DNA of 64,000 bases from assembly GCA_951406725.2 (NCBI GenBank), contig OX597828.1, positions 19,654,001 through 19,718,000 on the forward strand, in the 5' to 3' direction. The stretch comes from Octopus vulgaris (taxonomy: Eukaryota). Under the pieces are notes generated by a model. The model saw only the letters and a program-made list of their open reading frames with translations. It searched no databases and was not told the DNA's origin. Below are positions 41,973 to 57,555 of this stretch, in pieces (position 1 is the stretch's first letter; every line of letters begins with the position of its first letter). A program made the translations under genes and the position numbers.

Positions 41973-42253
41973 GTACACATACACACACATGTATGCACGC
42001 ACGCCCATATATGCATGCAAATATTGGAAGACTCTACGAAATCCGTTCGTAATTCCTGTCACGAACTCAGTGGCATTAGCTTTCAACATAATGCACCTTG
42101 TCTGGGACTAATTTTTCACAGTTTGGTCACACTTGCAAATACACACACCACACACAGAAGCGCAAGTTCATGTGCGCATATGAGGACACATGGGCAGGAA
42201 CATACTCATATACACACAAACACACACACGTATATAACAGACCTATGTACAGA

Positions 42254-42297
<44 letters not shown>

Positions 42298-42843
42298 GTG
42301 TGATATATATATATGTGATACACAAAGCCATAGACACACACACATGAGACTAATGAATTCTTGACAGTTGATGATGGCATACAATTATAAGATATTCCAG
42401 ACTGGCCGTCGTTATGCGGCAAGAGTTAAAACGCTTGCATTCTAACGTGTCAATGATGAAAAATCTACTCAGCCATATAACATACTAGAAATAGATGCTA
42501 ACACCTCTTCGCAACACACGTAGCAAAAATTTGAGGCAAATAGCCAAAGATACGCCTCTTTCCCTATTTCTATACGCGTAATTCTTTCAAATTTTTAAAT
42601 ACAAGGACAGCAATTTCTTGAGCAGAGGAGAGTCTCATTTCCTTATGTGTTTTTGCAGCTATAGGTGGCTTAACTGCTATTTCTAGCCATATATATATGT
42701 GCTTATAGTACATATAGTCACAAATATTGACGACTAAATTTTACCTATAGAGTTTACACCCTGCCCAGCTGCCCGCGTTAATTTTACAGTATACAATTTG
42801 GCAATTCGCTAAATTAGCCATGAGTAATACATACATACATACA

Positions 42844-42875
<32 letters not shown>

Positions 42876-42876
42876 C

Positions 42877-42951
<75 letters not shown>

Positions 42952-43083
42952 TTGCAAGGATGATCCGGTCTTGACTGAAGATTAGAGGCTTCAAATGACC
43001 CGTCCGTTTTTTGTGTCGTCTATTTAAATGTTTTGCGTTCTTGTCCCATTTTGTATTCTTATATATATTTTTTATACATATAC

Positions 43084-43164
<81 letters not shown>

Positions 43165-43433
43165 CACTGACATTATTAGCTGTTGCATAGAAGCAATGGA
43201 GGAACAATATTGAGAATTCCCATTAGGATGAAACTGTGAAGACAAGTGTTCTATCTTTGTTAGGCTGTAGGGGCAGTTATCTACTCCGAGAGAATAATTA
43301 TATGCTTGATTTTACGCCGCTATATGTGATTTAACTCTTATTTCTAGTAATAAATTTGCTTGTAAGACATACAATCGCAGTTAGTGACGACCTAATTTTG
43401 CCTATACTGTTCATATTACGCCCAGCTGCCCAC

Positions 43434-43569
<136 letters not shown>

Positions 43570-44156
43570 GGAGAGGAAAAATTATAATAAGGCAGAATGC
43601 TAAATTGAAAGTAAATTTTAATAAAAATGGGTGTATGGAAAATTAAAAAAGAAAAAAATAATAAAAAAGAAAAAATAACACCCATTTTTATTAAAATTTA
43701 CTTTCAATTTATCGTTATTATAAGTTTTCTTCTCCTATCATTTCTCCACGTGCGGTCAACACAACCCCACCATTTACTGATTTATATTATATATATATAT
43801 ATATATATATACAATTGCAGCGTGGAAGGTGTTTATAAGCCATTTAAGAAACACACAAAAGCCGTTCGATTCACTTCAACATTTAAGTTTAATTTGTCAA
43901 AATATTTTCGTCGCTAAAATCTGCGACCTGTTCAGATTTTAGTACTGACAAAAATTTTGTCCGTGCTGCATCTTTGTTTATCCTCAGTAACTTTCTGGAT
44001 CAAACTCCTTGATGGTAGCGTCGGCTCTATTTAAAGCTGTTTACCTTTGGTTTTTCCACGGCTTCAATAGCTCTTTTTCGTTTCAGCACACGATCTCAGA
44101 TCAAATTACTTGCCCTATGCGAGTTTTATCATGGCAACCGAATAATTGTCACTCCG

Positions 44157-44196
<40 letters not shown>

Positions 44197-44228
44197 AATA
44201 TAATACGTGACAATTATTCGGTTGCCAT

Positions 44229-44289
44229 GATAAAACTCCGAGTTTCGGATGTCAGGGCGGAAACCTGCACCGGCATCTCTTCAGTTATC
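44229..44289 (-). ncRNA. Duplicate of hammerhead motif 37160-37220
   Basis: Identical sequence in the duplicated block. Confidence 0.75.
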
Positions 44290-45288
44290 GAGACAATTAA
44301 AATATGCTATGAAAAAGACAAAAGAGCTATTAGAATGACCGTTAACTAAGGGAAAAAACCAAAGGTAAACAGCTTCCATTAAATTAGAGACCGACGCTAC
44401 CATTAAGGAGTTTGATCCACAAGAAAGTTATAAATACCTGAGGATAAACGAAGGAGATGGTGTACAGCATGCTACTATAAAGGACAAAATAAGAAAGGAG
44501 TATTACAGGGGAATTCTAAAATCTGGATACTAAAATCTGAAACTCAGCTCGAAAAATTGCATCGAAGCTATCAACACCCTGGCGCTTCCAGTAGTCCAGT
44601 ATAGTTTTAGCATTTTTAACTCAAATCTTACAGAGCGTCTACGCCTGGACAAGAAGACAAGAAAACTAATAACATCTAAGAACATGCACCACCCAAAAGC
44701 AGACGTTAATCGTCTGTACCTACCTAGAGTTAATGGGGGAAGAGGAATGATGCAAATACAACAGTGCTGTAAGACAACCACAATAGCAATAAATAAGTGC
44801 TTATCTAGTACAGAAGACTGGATGCTGCGGCCTGTGTGCAAACACGAAAGCAGCATCAAGTCACATTCTGTTGTCAAGGAAGCTTACAAATTTGTAATGG
44901 AACTTGGCATTGACCCTGAATAAGATGAAGAAGCTAAAACCACTGTCACAGAAAAAAAAAGCAAAACGAATTTAGCAGATTGCAAAAAAGAACGGGTAGA
45001 AACAAATTGAGGAGCGGTGGAGCCAGAAGCCTCTGCATGGACAGTATATGCTTCGAAGTCGAAATGTGAATGTAGATAAAGCAACAACTCATCAGTGTCT
45101 GAGAAGTGCTGGACTGAAAGCAGAGACTGAAGGTTTCATATTGGCGGCACCAGATCAAAGCTTGCTTACAAAAATACTACCAGGCTAATGTTCTCCAAAA
45201 CGGTTCTGACCCTAAATGCAGATTCTGCGACGCATTTGACGAAACAAAAGTCCTCGGAATATCCTGTGCTGACACCGAACAAATACGA

Positions 45289-45350
<62 letters not shown>

Positions 45351-45393
45351 TTGTACAGTGTTTCTGTCAGTTTCTTTTTACGAAGGCTTGCAG

Positions 45394-45441
45394 CTTGGCT
45401 GAAGACCCTGTGTAGCCACTGGAGAAACTCAGAGTTGCAAG
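45394..45441 (+). ncRNA. Duplicate of degenerate hammerhead motif 38319-38366
   Basis: Identical sequence in the duplicated block. Confidence 0.6.
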
Positions 45442-46869
45442 AGACTGACTGGACGAAAATAAAAATGTTATTAACCTTTGCTATGTTACCGAGTACTCAT
45501 TTTTACGACAGTCAACTCTAAACGCATGTATGTATGTATGTATGTATGTATGTATGTATGTATGTATGTATGTATGTATGTATGTATGTATGTATGTATG
45601 TATGTATATGTCTCACACTCTTAAAAGTTTTCTTATAGTTCTGCTAGGAAGAATAGAAAATATGATAAATACTGTAGTCAATGAAGAGCGATATGGATTG
45701 AGGGACAAAAAGTCACGAGATGCCATATTTTGATTCATCACTGTAACACTAAAGTAAGTACCGATACAGAAAGACCTGTTTGCTTGGTTCATAAATTATG
45801 CCAAGGTATTTGACAGCATACACAAATGAGCCCGTCACCTCAATAAAGAAAAATTCGGCTTAAATGGGAAGGATATCAGAATTATCTGTGTGCAATACTG
45901 GAATCAAACGACAACCCTAGAAATAGATCAAGAATTGTTAGAACCAGCAGAAATCAGAAGAGGTGTAAGACTGTGATGTGTGTTCACACCATACCTATTT
46001 AATATCTACAATGTGTATGTTTTCAAAGACTCAAATGAGATCAAGGAATCACAATGGACGACATGAACATAAACAGTGTAAGAGAATCTGATGATATAAG
46101 AGAGGCTGATGATTGGAAGAAAGCAATGAGATGTTACAAGAAATTATTGATGTTGGAAAGAGATAAGTGCTAAGAACGGACTTAATATGAAGGTAAAAAA
46201 GATAAAGAAAACAAACAATGGTTATTAGAAAGAGAGAACAAAAGAAAGCAAACATAGAATTAGATGGACAAAAAGGGTGAACAAGTAAAACTTGTAAGTA
46301 TTTAGAATTAATAAATCAGAATGGTCACTGCGTAGAAGTCACTCGAAGAATAAATAAGGCTAAAACAATATTTATAAGATTGAAAAAAATCTTCACCTGA
46401 ATGTCAAGAAGAATGCAACAACAATTAAGGTTAGTAAACTGTTATAGTGTGCCAATTTTCTATGATACTCAAAAACTTGAACATTGTACAAAGCTATGAA
46501 ATGGACTGGAGAAAATAGCTAGGCTGATTGTATGTATAAAGCACAAAGGTAGAAAGAATTCTTAGATATGTTATTATAAATACCATATATATATAATCAA
46601 AAAATAAGGGTGGAAAGTTGGATATTAATTTAATAATACCATCAAATTAACACCAAGTGGCTTAGCGCATAAAAAACCAGGGATACAATAAAAATTTATA
46701 TACACATATATAAGAGAGTGACCACTATATGGTCGACTTTAGCGCTAAAAATAGATCCGCTATGGTATTAGCCACTAAAAAATTAGTGGCTAATACCTTA
46801 GCGGATCTATTTTAGTGGTTACTCTCTTATATATGTATATATATATATATATACATATATATGTGTGTG

Positions 46870-46908
<39 letters not shown>

Positions 46909-47196
46909 CTATCAATTGAAAAAATATAAAGTTACATATGAAAATAGGCTTATAAAACGATGGTGGGGGACCAACACAGACACGACGGGCTTCTTTCAGT
47001 TTCCGTCTACAAAATCCACTCACAAGGCTTTGGTGGGCCCGAGGCTATAATAGAAGACACTTCCCCAAGGTGTCACGCAGCGGGTCTGAACCTGAACCTC
47101 GTCGTTCGTAAGCAAGCTACTTACCACACAGCCACTCCTGCACCTATACGTATATATACATATATAAATACACATATATGTATATGTATATGTGTG

Positions 47197-47252
<56 letters not shown>

Positions 47253-47289
47253 CATACACACACACACACATATATATATATATATGTAT

Positions 47290-47356
<67 letters not shown>

Positions 47357-47377
47357 AATATATGTATATATATACAT

Positions 47378-47435
<58 letters not shown>

Positions 47436-47448
47436 TTATATATATATA

Positions 47449-47890
47449 AGTTCTGCAAAATTTAGATTCAGATGAATATGGTACTTATGTTAAAGGCACC
47501 AGAATTTGTTATGGTATTATCCATAAAAATCAAATGGGGGTGATTATAATCAAAATAAGCAACAAGTATATCTAAGGTAGTGTAGTACAATCGTTTCATG
47601 CTACTTCATTTTATGAAACAATGTAAGTATTACATCAGTTTTAAAATGTAGAGCAATCTTCAGCCACATATACAATTTTTTTAATTAAATGGACAATGTA
47701 CATTTTTATACTTATTTCATTTGCCAATTTTAGAAAGAGGGTAGTTATATAGACGGAGATGTTAATTTCATCATTAAGAACATAATAGTAGAAGGTCCTT
47801 CTCCATCTGTAGATATTAAAATCTGATAAAATGATGTAGCATGAAACGATTGTACTACACTACCTTGGATATCCTTGCTGTTTATTTTGA
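47449..47890. mobile_element. Penelope-like truncated element with inverted terminal-repeat piece
   Basis: Bounded by (TA)n. 47550-47614 is inverted at 47826-47890 (~5 mismatches). Contains hammerhead 47581-47668. Confidence 0.62.
47581..47668 (-). ncRNA. Duplicate of long-stem-II hammerhead 40495-40582
   Basis: Identical sequence in the duplicated block. Confidence 0.78.
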
Positions 47891-48447
47891 GTATATAAAT
47901 ATATATATAAATATATATACACATACACACACATATATATATACACATAAATCATACAACTACAGAAATACATAAAACACTCTGCACACACAAACATCAA
48001 GCATGTACATATCTACATCTGGACACATAGACAAATTATCAAATTAACATAAACAGGATCAGCGGTATTTATTGCATTGTAGGTCAGCAAACAATTCTAT
48101 TTAGAGCGTCGTTGTATCTCACTTCAATTAACGTTCCTCCATTAATAAATGTAATTTAGAGTTTTAAAATAAGAAACAATTTCTTTGAAATTAATCATTA
48201 AAGAGATGAAATTACAGATATTTACTAGGCTTTATTGATCGATAATGTTTATAGGTTTTTATAAGTATTCAATAGCTTTATGCAAGTCTATCTTCAGGAC
48301 AGTAATTTGGCTTACATGCAAGACGAATGTAAGCTGTTCTTATATATATATATATAATATGACAATATATAAATATATGTGTGCATGTTTGTATATGTAT
48401 ACATACATACATACATACATACATGCATACATATAAATATATATATA

Positions 48448-48536
<89 letters not shown>

Positions 48537-48558
48537 GTTTATACATGTATACGTTTTC

Positions 48559-48617
<59 letters not shown>

Positions 48618-48711
48618 CTATATCTATCTATCTATATGTGTGTGTGTTATATATCTATATCTGTGTATCTATATCTATCTATATATATATATATGTTCGT
48701 GTGTGAGTTTG

Positions 48712-48784
<73 letters not shown>

Positions 48785-48941
48785 TGGCAGGGCTGGCCTG
48801 CTAGGTAGCCGGCCAGAATGCTAGAAATAGATCATCAACGATCAAACTACAAGGGAAATTCTCTAGAGGAAGAATTCAGCGAACACCAGAACCAAATTTG
48901 GCGGGCAGGACATATGAAAAATTAAATAAAAAACAGACTTA

Positions 48942-49017
48942 AATGCATACCTCGGTTTCGGTCTTAACAAAAGAATTACTTGCATAATTCAAGTGTCCGT
49001 GACTTCTTCAGTACATT
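48942..49017 (-). ncRNA. Type-I hammerhead ribozyme motif (GUA site)
   Basis: rc = AAUGUA-CUGAAGA-aGUC...GAAUUA-ugcaag-UAAUUC...GACc-GAAA-C-cgag-G-U-A-UGCAUU. It lies in a ~270-bp insert (48784-49055) bounded by (TA)n. Confidence 0.78.
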
Positions 49018-49397
49018 CGGTCCTCGAGATGCAAACTGCAAGACTAACCCCAGACTATATATATATATATATATCTAACCCCAAGACTATATATATATAT
49101 ATATAACTGCTTATATATATAAATGCACACACACACACACACACATGCTTATATATATAAATACACAAGCGAACAGATGCACACACATACATAGACACAT
49201 AAATACTCATATTTAATTTTCTCACATCTTTTTTACTTATTTAAAGAGATATATAAATATATTTACATATGCCTCTTTTTCTCTCTCTCTCTTTATACAT
49301 ATATAAATACATGCATCTATATTTGTTCGTGTATGTATATATAAATGTACATATATATGTGTGTATGTATAGTATTTATTTACAGGCACACAGATTT

Positions 49398-49402
49398 ATC
49401 TG

Positions 49403-49488
<86 letters not shown>

Positions 49489-49521
49489 CATCCATCCATC
49501 CATCTATCTATCTATCCATCC

Positions 49522-49602
<81 letters not shown>

Positions 49603-49669
49603 GCTAGCTAGCTAGCTAGCTAGCTAGCTGTCTGTCTGTTTGTCTGTCTGTCTGTCCGTCCGTCCGTCC

Positions 49670-49711
<42 letters not shown>

Positions 49712-49775
49712 CCGTCCGTCCGTCCGTCCGTCTGTCTGTCTGCCTGTCTATTTCTATCTATTTATCTGTCTATCT
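49398..49775. repeat. Compound tetranucleotide microsatellite (TCTA)/(TCCA)/(AGCT)/(TCTG)/(TCCG)
   Basis: Direct reading. Confidence 0.95.
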
Positions 49776-50032
49776 ATGGGTAGAAAGATACAAAAGAAAC
49801 TCAAACGCTGAAAGTTTCTTACCTTGCAAAAATTCTTGTATCTTTCAGCCTAGCAAAACTTCCACTGAACTTAATAGGCATTTTTTCATTCTTCATTTCC
49901 TCTTATTCCTTTCTATCTAAGAGGGTAAGTTCGAAACGTAAAAGATTTTTCCATTTTACCCGAGCGTCAAACTAACGCACTTGCTTGTTGTTCGTCTTTG
50001 TTTTTTTTATAAATTTGAATTATATATACATA

Positions 50033-50430
50033 CGAGCAAAACGCCCCCCGTCCAATGGACGGTGCTGAGTTGTCAAACATTTAAACCAAATTTTCTCAAA
50101 ACAACTTGTCCGACCGTCCCATAGACAGCCCCTTTGAGAAACACTGACTTAACCTAAATTTGAGACACCAGCAAAAGAAGAAATAAAGATAGACTTTTTT
50201 CTATTCCAAAGAAAAACGCATTTTTTTCATACAAATATGCAACCGAAGAGTTTAAAGTTCCAGTAATGATCAGGCTATTGAGTGGGAGAACACAACAGCT
50301 TTATCGATCGCATTCTCACCTGGAATTGAATTTTGTAATTTTTTCAAGACTTATACACGCCCTGATATCGTCGGTATCTACATATCAAATTTGAGCGCAG
50401 TCGGATGGAGGATGCCCATGATCCTAGAAG

Positions 50431-50462
<32 letters not shown>

Positions 50463-50490
50463 ACACAGAGAACGGATTTTATATATAATA
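50033..50490 (-). mobile_element. Non-autonomous Helitron-like element, copy 2
   Basis: Ends shared with 19136-19942. 3' hairpin 'ccgtcca-t-tggacgg' followed by '...ttttgCTCG|t'. Internal (CA)n. Confidence 0.7.
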
Positions 50491-50750
50491 ATATATATAT
50501 ATATATCGATGTATTAAAATTTCATATCTCATGATTGTTCTACGAATCTTGTCTGTTGCAACACGAAAGACTCTTCAAGCACTATTCATACCAAGAAAAC
50601 ATCACCTCATCACACGCCTTCTAATTTTAAAGTGCACTCTACCAGAGACCTCACAATCTGGTTCTCGCAATCACCGACAACTTCTCATACCGAAACCAGA
50701 ACCTTAGCGTTATTAAGATCGCATCTCAAAGACTAGTATCTCACTTTACA

Positions 50751-51089
50751 GCAACAATTCTCAACCTGGGTTGATATGACTCCAACAGGCCCATAAAAAA
50801 TTCTTGAGGGTCCACACCAGCAAAATAGTAAAATTAGGGATCCGCAGTAGTATATTAAGGACCTATAAATAAATTTTGCTTTAGATGTATTTATTAAAAA
50901 AAAAAAACAGCTAAATTTCTTCTTCTGGTGTTTCACATAGATCAACCTAATGTGTGCAAAACAAAATAAGAATTTTCAAAAGAATATCTATAAAACTAAT
51001 CATTAAACATAGAATGGCTATGAGGATCCAGTAGAGTAAATTATTAATGAAAGGGGCCCATAAATAAAGAAAATGGTTGACAACCACTG
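50751..51089. mobile_element. hAT-type MITE
   Basis: Degenerate TIRs 'caacaattctcaacc' / 'ggttgacaaccactg' and internal 'gggtcca/gggccca' motifs. Confidence 0.6.
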
Positions 51090-51195
51090 CTTCAGACTCA
51101 GGAAATACTTCCGGTTTTATTAGTTCAAAATATATTTCAGCAGCCATTAGTTCAAGCGAGACCGAGAATGGAATACTATGCTCACATTTAGTGTA

Positions 51196-51422
51196 GAAGT
51201 GCGTGGGTTAGTAGTTAGGGTGGCTTTGATTTCATCGACCGGGTGGCCTGTTGTGTTCTTGAGTAAAAACATTTCATTCTATGTTGCTCCAGTCCACTCA
51301 GCTGGCAAAAATGAGTAATCCTGCGACGTCCCGACGTCCCGTCCGGGTGGGAAAGCTTTACGTCATGAAACCGGGACACCGGCCTTTATGAGACGACGTG
51401 AGTCGAGAAGGTAACTTTACTT
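51196..51422 (+). mobile_element. SINE body X + tail A, with a deletion in the head
   Basis: Body matches 1-55. Tail 'cctgcga..tcccgtccgggtgggaa..gaaaccgggacaccggcc.ttatgag' matches the reverse complement of 8905-9002. Confidence 0.8.
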
Positions 51423-51884
51423 ACTTGATTACCCACATTTACTACAGCACCGTCGCAACATACAGTGACAGTGACATCCTGAATTTCAAACCAGACAAGA
51501 GACAGTCGACTGATGGAGGTTACAACACTAATGGACGCTCTGCAGCGTCGGACTTACAGGCGTGCTGTCATCTTTTGTATAAATTTTCTTGTTACTACCC
51601 GTGGCCTACACACCTCCAGGCTAGCTGGTTCAATACTCTCAACATTCAAACATCTCTCATACACTCTTCTATCCTCGTCTCGACGTATTTGTGTCTAATG
51701 ACACACCAGTCTTTATGCTAAACACTTTGCTCAATCATTGTCTATAGTTACATAAATAAGAATGCATATCTATTGATAAACATGTATTTCTGTCCTTACA
51801 TATATTTATTCATGAACGTATATTTGTATATATAAACATAAGTTTAAGTAGGTATATATGCATGTAGATATGCATGGATGTATG

Positions 51885-51915
<31 letters not shown>

Positions 51916-52167
51916 ATTTATATACGTATGTGTGTGTATATATATGTATGTACATATATATAGATATACATGTATATATGTATATATATATAAGCATATA
52001 TGCAATTATAGATTCGCATGTAGATGAACATGAGTCTATAAATAAGTACAGGAATATATGTATAACAATACACATTCTCATTAGAATATACATATATGTA
52101 TATATATGTATGTATGATATATGTTTGCATCTATCTGCTTATATATACACACACACACCCGCGCATA

Positions 52168-52224
<57 letters not shown>

Positions 52225-52242
52225 CTAGAATGTATACGTACA

Positions 52243-52278
<36 letters not shown>

Positions 52279-52720
52279 TGCATATATATATACATACATA
52301 CATATATTGGCAAGCACATGCATCTATACTGACAAGAACATCGATATGTTAGTGTCAAGAAGATATGAAGTTGTATGCAAAGATGAGTCAAAAGAAAAAA
52401 AAAGAAAGAAAAATAACAGTTTGACATATTTCAGTTTATGAAAACATCATTTCTAAGAATACCCATATATCTCTTTAAAGGAAGCGTATTGAAGTAAAGA
52501 AGCCTTGCTTTTGTAGCCATATAATACTATCTTTATTCACTAGATGCATACAGTTTACATGCAGAACGATCCTGTATATATATATATATATATGCTTCTT
52601 TATGATTAATTATACATACATATTTATATATATGAGCGTACGTGTGTATGTATATATATAGATGTAGGTATGCATATATATATTTGTATGCATATATATA
52701 TTTGTAGGTATATATATACA

Positions 52721-52760
<40 letters not shown>

Positions 52761-52900
52761 TATAAATATGTATTTATATATATGTATATATATATATGTA
52801 TTTATAAATAATTATACATATATACTATGTATATGTCTTTATTCATATGTACATATATATGTATATAGTATATATATGTGTATGTATATATGTTTTTATA

Positions 52901-52946
<46 letters not shown>

Positions 52947-53137
52947 AATATATATTATATATATATATATGCACACACGCATATATATATATATATATAT
53001 ATACTTACACACATATATACATATTATACTGTTAATTATGATATTCTAATATATATTATTTCATACATATGTATATGTATGTTTCTATCTATCTGTCTCT
53101 CTTTTTCTGTATATATATACATATACATATAAAATAC

Positions 53138-53197
<60 letters not shown>

Positions 53198-53235
53198 GTA
53201 TTTTATAGGTATATGTATATATAATATATATATAT

Positions 53236-53279
<44 letters not shown>

Positions 53280-53392
53280 GTGTATATATATTTATATATA
53301 TATGTATGTATATATATATGTATATGTATATATATATGTTTATATACGTATATCTATGTATATGTATGTATATATATGTATATATATGCATG

Positions 53393-53464
<72 letters not shown>

Positions 53465-53978
53465 AGGGATACATGAGAACTGAAGTTTCTCTTTCAAACC
53501 TATCCTCTCGATAGTAAAATAATAACAAAGATTATCTACATGCACATTGAACGACAACAGCTCACAACGCAAACACATCACTACATTCACTTATGCACAC
53601 GTTACCTTATACCTACTCACATATAAACCGACAGTCATCTATACATATGCATCAACGTACATCTATCTATTTAGATAATCTTCTATTTTCAACAGAGGAA
53701 AACTGTAGTAATATAAAAAAAAACGTGTAAGTAAATGTTATAGACAATATAAATATATATAAGCAATAAATAAATATCTATTTTAGTTGCTATCTTTTCG
53801 CCTTCTTTTCCCTTACGACTGATTAGCGAAAATAATTTCGTAATGGCGAAATCGTGAGAGGCTTTTGAAAGCAAAATATAAACGCATGCTTGAGCATTTT
53901 TGAATAACAAAATATTCCTTTGGGAAACATGCTACGCAACAATACTAACTAGATATATGGCACAGATATATACCATGG

Positions 53979-54009
<31 letters not shown>

Positions 54010-54020
54010 CATACACATAC

Positions 54021-54051
<31 letters not shown>

Positions 54052-54261
54052 AATATATATAATCATGCTATATATCCGTATGAGTGTGTGTGTGAGTGAG
54101 TGTGCGTATGTGTGTGTGCGTGTGTATACATATATATATATATATAAATATATATGTATATTTTATTTTATTTTATCTAGTTTCAGCTCACGAGCTTTGG
54201 CCATGCAGGGGCATATAATATATATATACACACCTACGTATATTTGTTAATATATAATGGA

Positions 54262-54298
<37 letters not shown>

Positions 54299-54305
54299 AT
54301 ATGTA

Positions 54306-54388
<83 letters not shown>

Positions 54389-54913
54389 TGGTAAAAACGG
54401 TAAGACAACAAAAAAAAGAGACCTCAATATTATGTAAATAGAGGAAATTCATATGAAAAATAATGTGATATATTATTTTACATATATATATATATATATA
54501 TATGCACATGCATATGTATAAATATATACACTCACACGGAGACACACACGTACAGACATATACGTCTATATCCACACATACACACACACATGCACACGCA
54601 AGCAAACACACGCACATACATGTACACATTCTTATAACATATGTGCACATACATAGGGGCTTTGCATATTCAAATAAGGAATACGTTTACGTTTCAAGTT
54701 TTAATGCTGCTTATTGCCAGAAAAAAGTAAAGCAAGAAAACTTGATTTTCCTCAGTTTTTTTCCTCTCCTTATATCGAAAAGATCCGCTTTTACAAGCGT
54801 TGCATTTTTTTTTCAAGATGAAGGCATTTCGTGATTTATTATCCTTGTTGCTTCTACTCGACCATTTTATTTTCCAGTTTTCTTTGTTGTACATACATAC
54901 ATACATACATACA

Positions 54914-54944
<31 letters not shown>

Positions 54945-55197
54945 GTACGTACATACATGTATGTATATATATGTATATTCACAAATATATATATTTATTT
55001 ATAAATATCACACACGCATACACACACACACATATATAACTATACACGCACACACGTGTGTATGTATGTATATATATATATATATGTATTGATATATGTA
55101 TTTATATATGATAAATCTCTATAATATATTGCCATAATATATATATATGTCTACATGCATATATGTATATGTGTTAACACACAGACACACACGTATA

Positions 55198-55235
<38 letters not shown>

Positions 55236-55249
55236 CGCACACGTGTAAA

Positions 55250-55302
<53 letters not shown>

Positions 55303-55870
55303 GTCTCTCTCTCTCTCCCTCTCTCTCTCTATATATATATGTATGTATAGATAGATAGACAGACAGATATGTGTATTTGTATACATATATATGATGTGCA
55401 TATACATTTATATCTATAACTATGCGTTTGTCTGTCTGTATTTATGTATACCATATTCCTATAGACACATATATATTTTGCTGACAAGATATATCTCAGG
55501 TGAACGGGAAAATAATTCATGTGTAAAAGGATTATTATAGGACAGAAAAGGAAATTGACAAAGAGATATTAAAGATATTATCTACGCATGACTATTGATA
55601 TATGAAAACAATTCATATTTGAATTCATTTAGCGTACGAAAAGTTGATGCTTCGCCATTCATATCGAACGACGTGTGTAAACTTTTTAATTTAAAAATAT
55701 ATATTAATTTTCAACATTTTGTGTCCTGTGAACGTCTCTGTAGCCGTAAAGTGACACCGATTTTTATTCTACGCTTAGTTAGATAAATAGATAGATAGAT
55801 AGATAGAGTGATAAATAGACTGATTGATTGATGGCTAAAGATAGAGATAGTGATTATATATACATACAAG

Positions 55871-55928
<58 letters not shown>

Positions 55929-56103
55929 CACGTGTGTGAATGTATGTGGCTGAGTGTATGTGTGTCTATGTGTACGCACATACATGTATGTGTATATGCA
56001 TACTAATGTTTTTTTATGCCACTCTGTTACTGCTGCTAAATATTAATATAAATATACTTATACTCATAACTTGAGTTATTTTTTTCCAGTTTGCATCAAC
56101 ATA

Positions 56104-56167
<64 letters not shown>

Positions 56168-56249
56168 TATATATATATATATATATATTTGTTCCACGTC
56201 CTCGCGTTATTGTGTTTTTTTGTGCTTTCTTGTTTGGATTAACTTTATA

Positions 56250-56313
<64 letters not shown>

Positions 56314-56882
56314 TATATAAATATATATTCGATAAATTATGCTTACTCATGCCTCTCTATCTATAAATCTCTCTACAGCTCCTTCTGTATATGTTTGGAA
56401 TGTGAGTGATTGTGTGAACAAAGAAAGAGTTGTTTATGAAAGTAAATATGGAAACGAGAATAAACAAGTTTTTTAAAAGGTTAAAACAAATGTACAGATA
56501 CCAAAAAATGTAAATAATACATAAGAATGACAGAAAGAAAATAATTTTTTATACTTGTTACTTATTTAAACACGAGTGGTTATGTTGGTGTACGTAAATA
56601 CATACGTACGTACATACATGAATGCATACATATATACGTACGTATGTGTGTACGTACATATATATATATATATATATATACATACATGTGCATGTTTTGG
56701 GCAGTTCAATACACACGTCATTGATTATATCGCCCTAATGACAACGAAAGTACTTTGAACAACTAACTGATTGATTAATCGGAAGAATAATCAAGCAATC
56801 AATCATTTTTTTTGTTTAATTAATCAACTATTCGACTAATAATAAAAAATGAAATAGAAACAGTGCTTGTGTATGTACGCAC

Positions 56883-56962
<80 letters not shown>

Positions 56963-57001
56963 ACATACACGCACATACACACACACACATGTATGTATGT
57001 C

Positions 57002-57192
57002 TTCTTTTATTCTTTTATTTATTTCAGTCACTTGACTGCGGCCATACTGGAGTACCGTCTTTAGTCGTACAAATCGACAACATCTTTGTAAGCCTAGTAC
57101 TTATTTTATAGGCCACTTTTGCCGAATCGCTAGGTTACGGGGACGTAAACACACCAGCATCAGTTGTCAAGCGATGGTGGGGGACAAACAGA

Positions 57193-57225
<33 letters not shown>

Positions 57226-57390
57226 ACACACACACACACACACATATCTGTACGACGGGCCTCTTTCAGTTTCCGTCTACCAAATCCCCTCACAAGGCTT
57301 TGGTCGTCCCGAGGCTATAGTTGAATACACTTGCCCAAGGTACCACGCAGTGGAACTGAACCAGGAACCAGGTGGTTGGTAAACAAGTTA
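57002..57390 (-). mobile_element. SINE family M with internal (CA)n
   Basis: Homology to the other family M copies. Confidence 0.88.
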
Positions 57391-57408
57391 CTGTATGTAT
57401 GTTTATGC

Positions 57409-57447
<39 letters not shown>

Positions 57448-57555
57448 TATAAACACACGTACATACATACACACACACACACAAATAAATATAAAGTAAA
57501 CAGTAAAACGTAAAAGAGTCAAAAGAAAGAGTAAGTACGGTTAGGCAGCTTTTTA

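Noticed and set aside
49912-49948. '...aagagggtaagttcgaaacgtaaaag' minimal hammerhead-like string
   Set aside because: The 5' core is not CUGANGA or a compensated variant, so it is too degenerate to call.
51430-51720. GC-richer unique stretch as a host exon
   Set aside because: No recognisable protein motif or convincing splice pair. RNA-seq would be needed.
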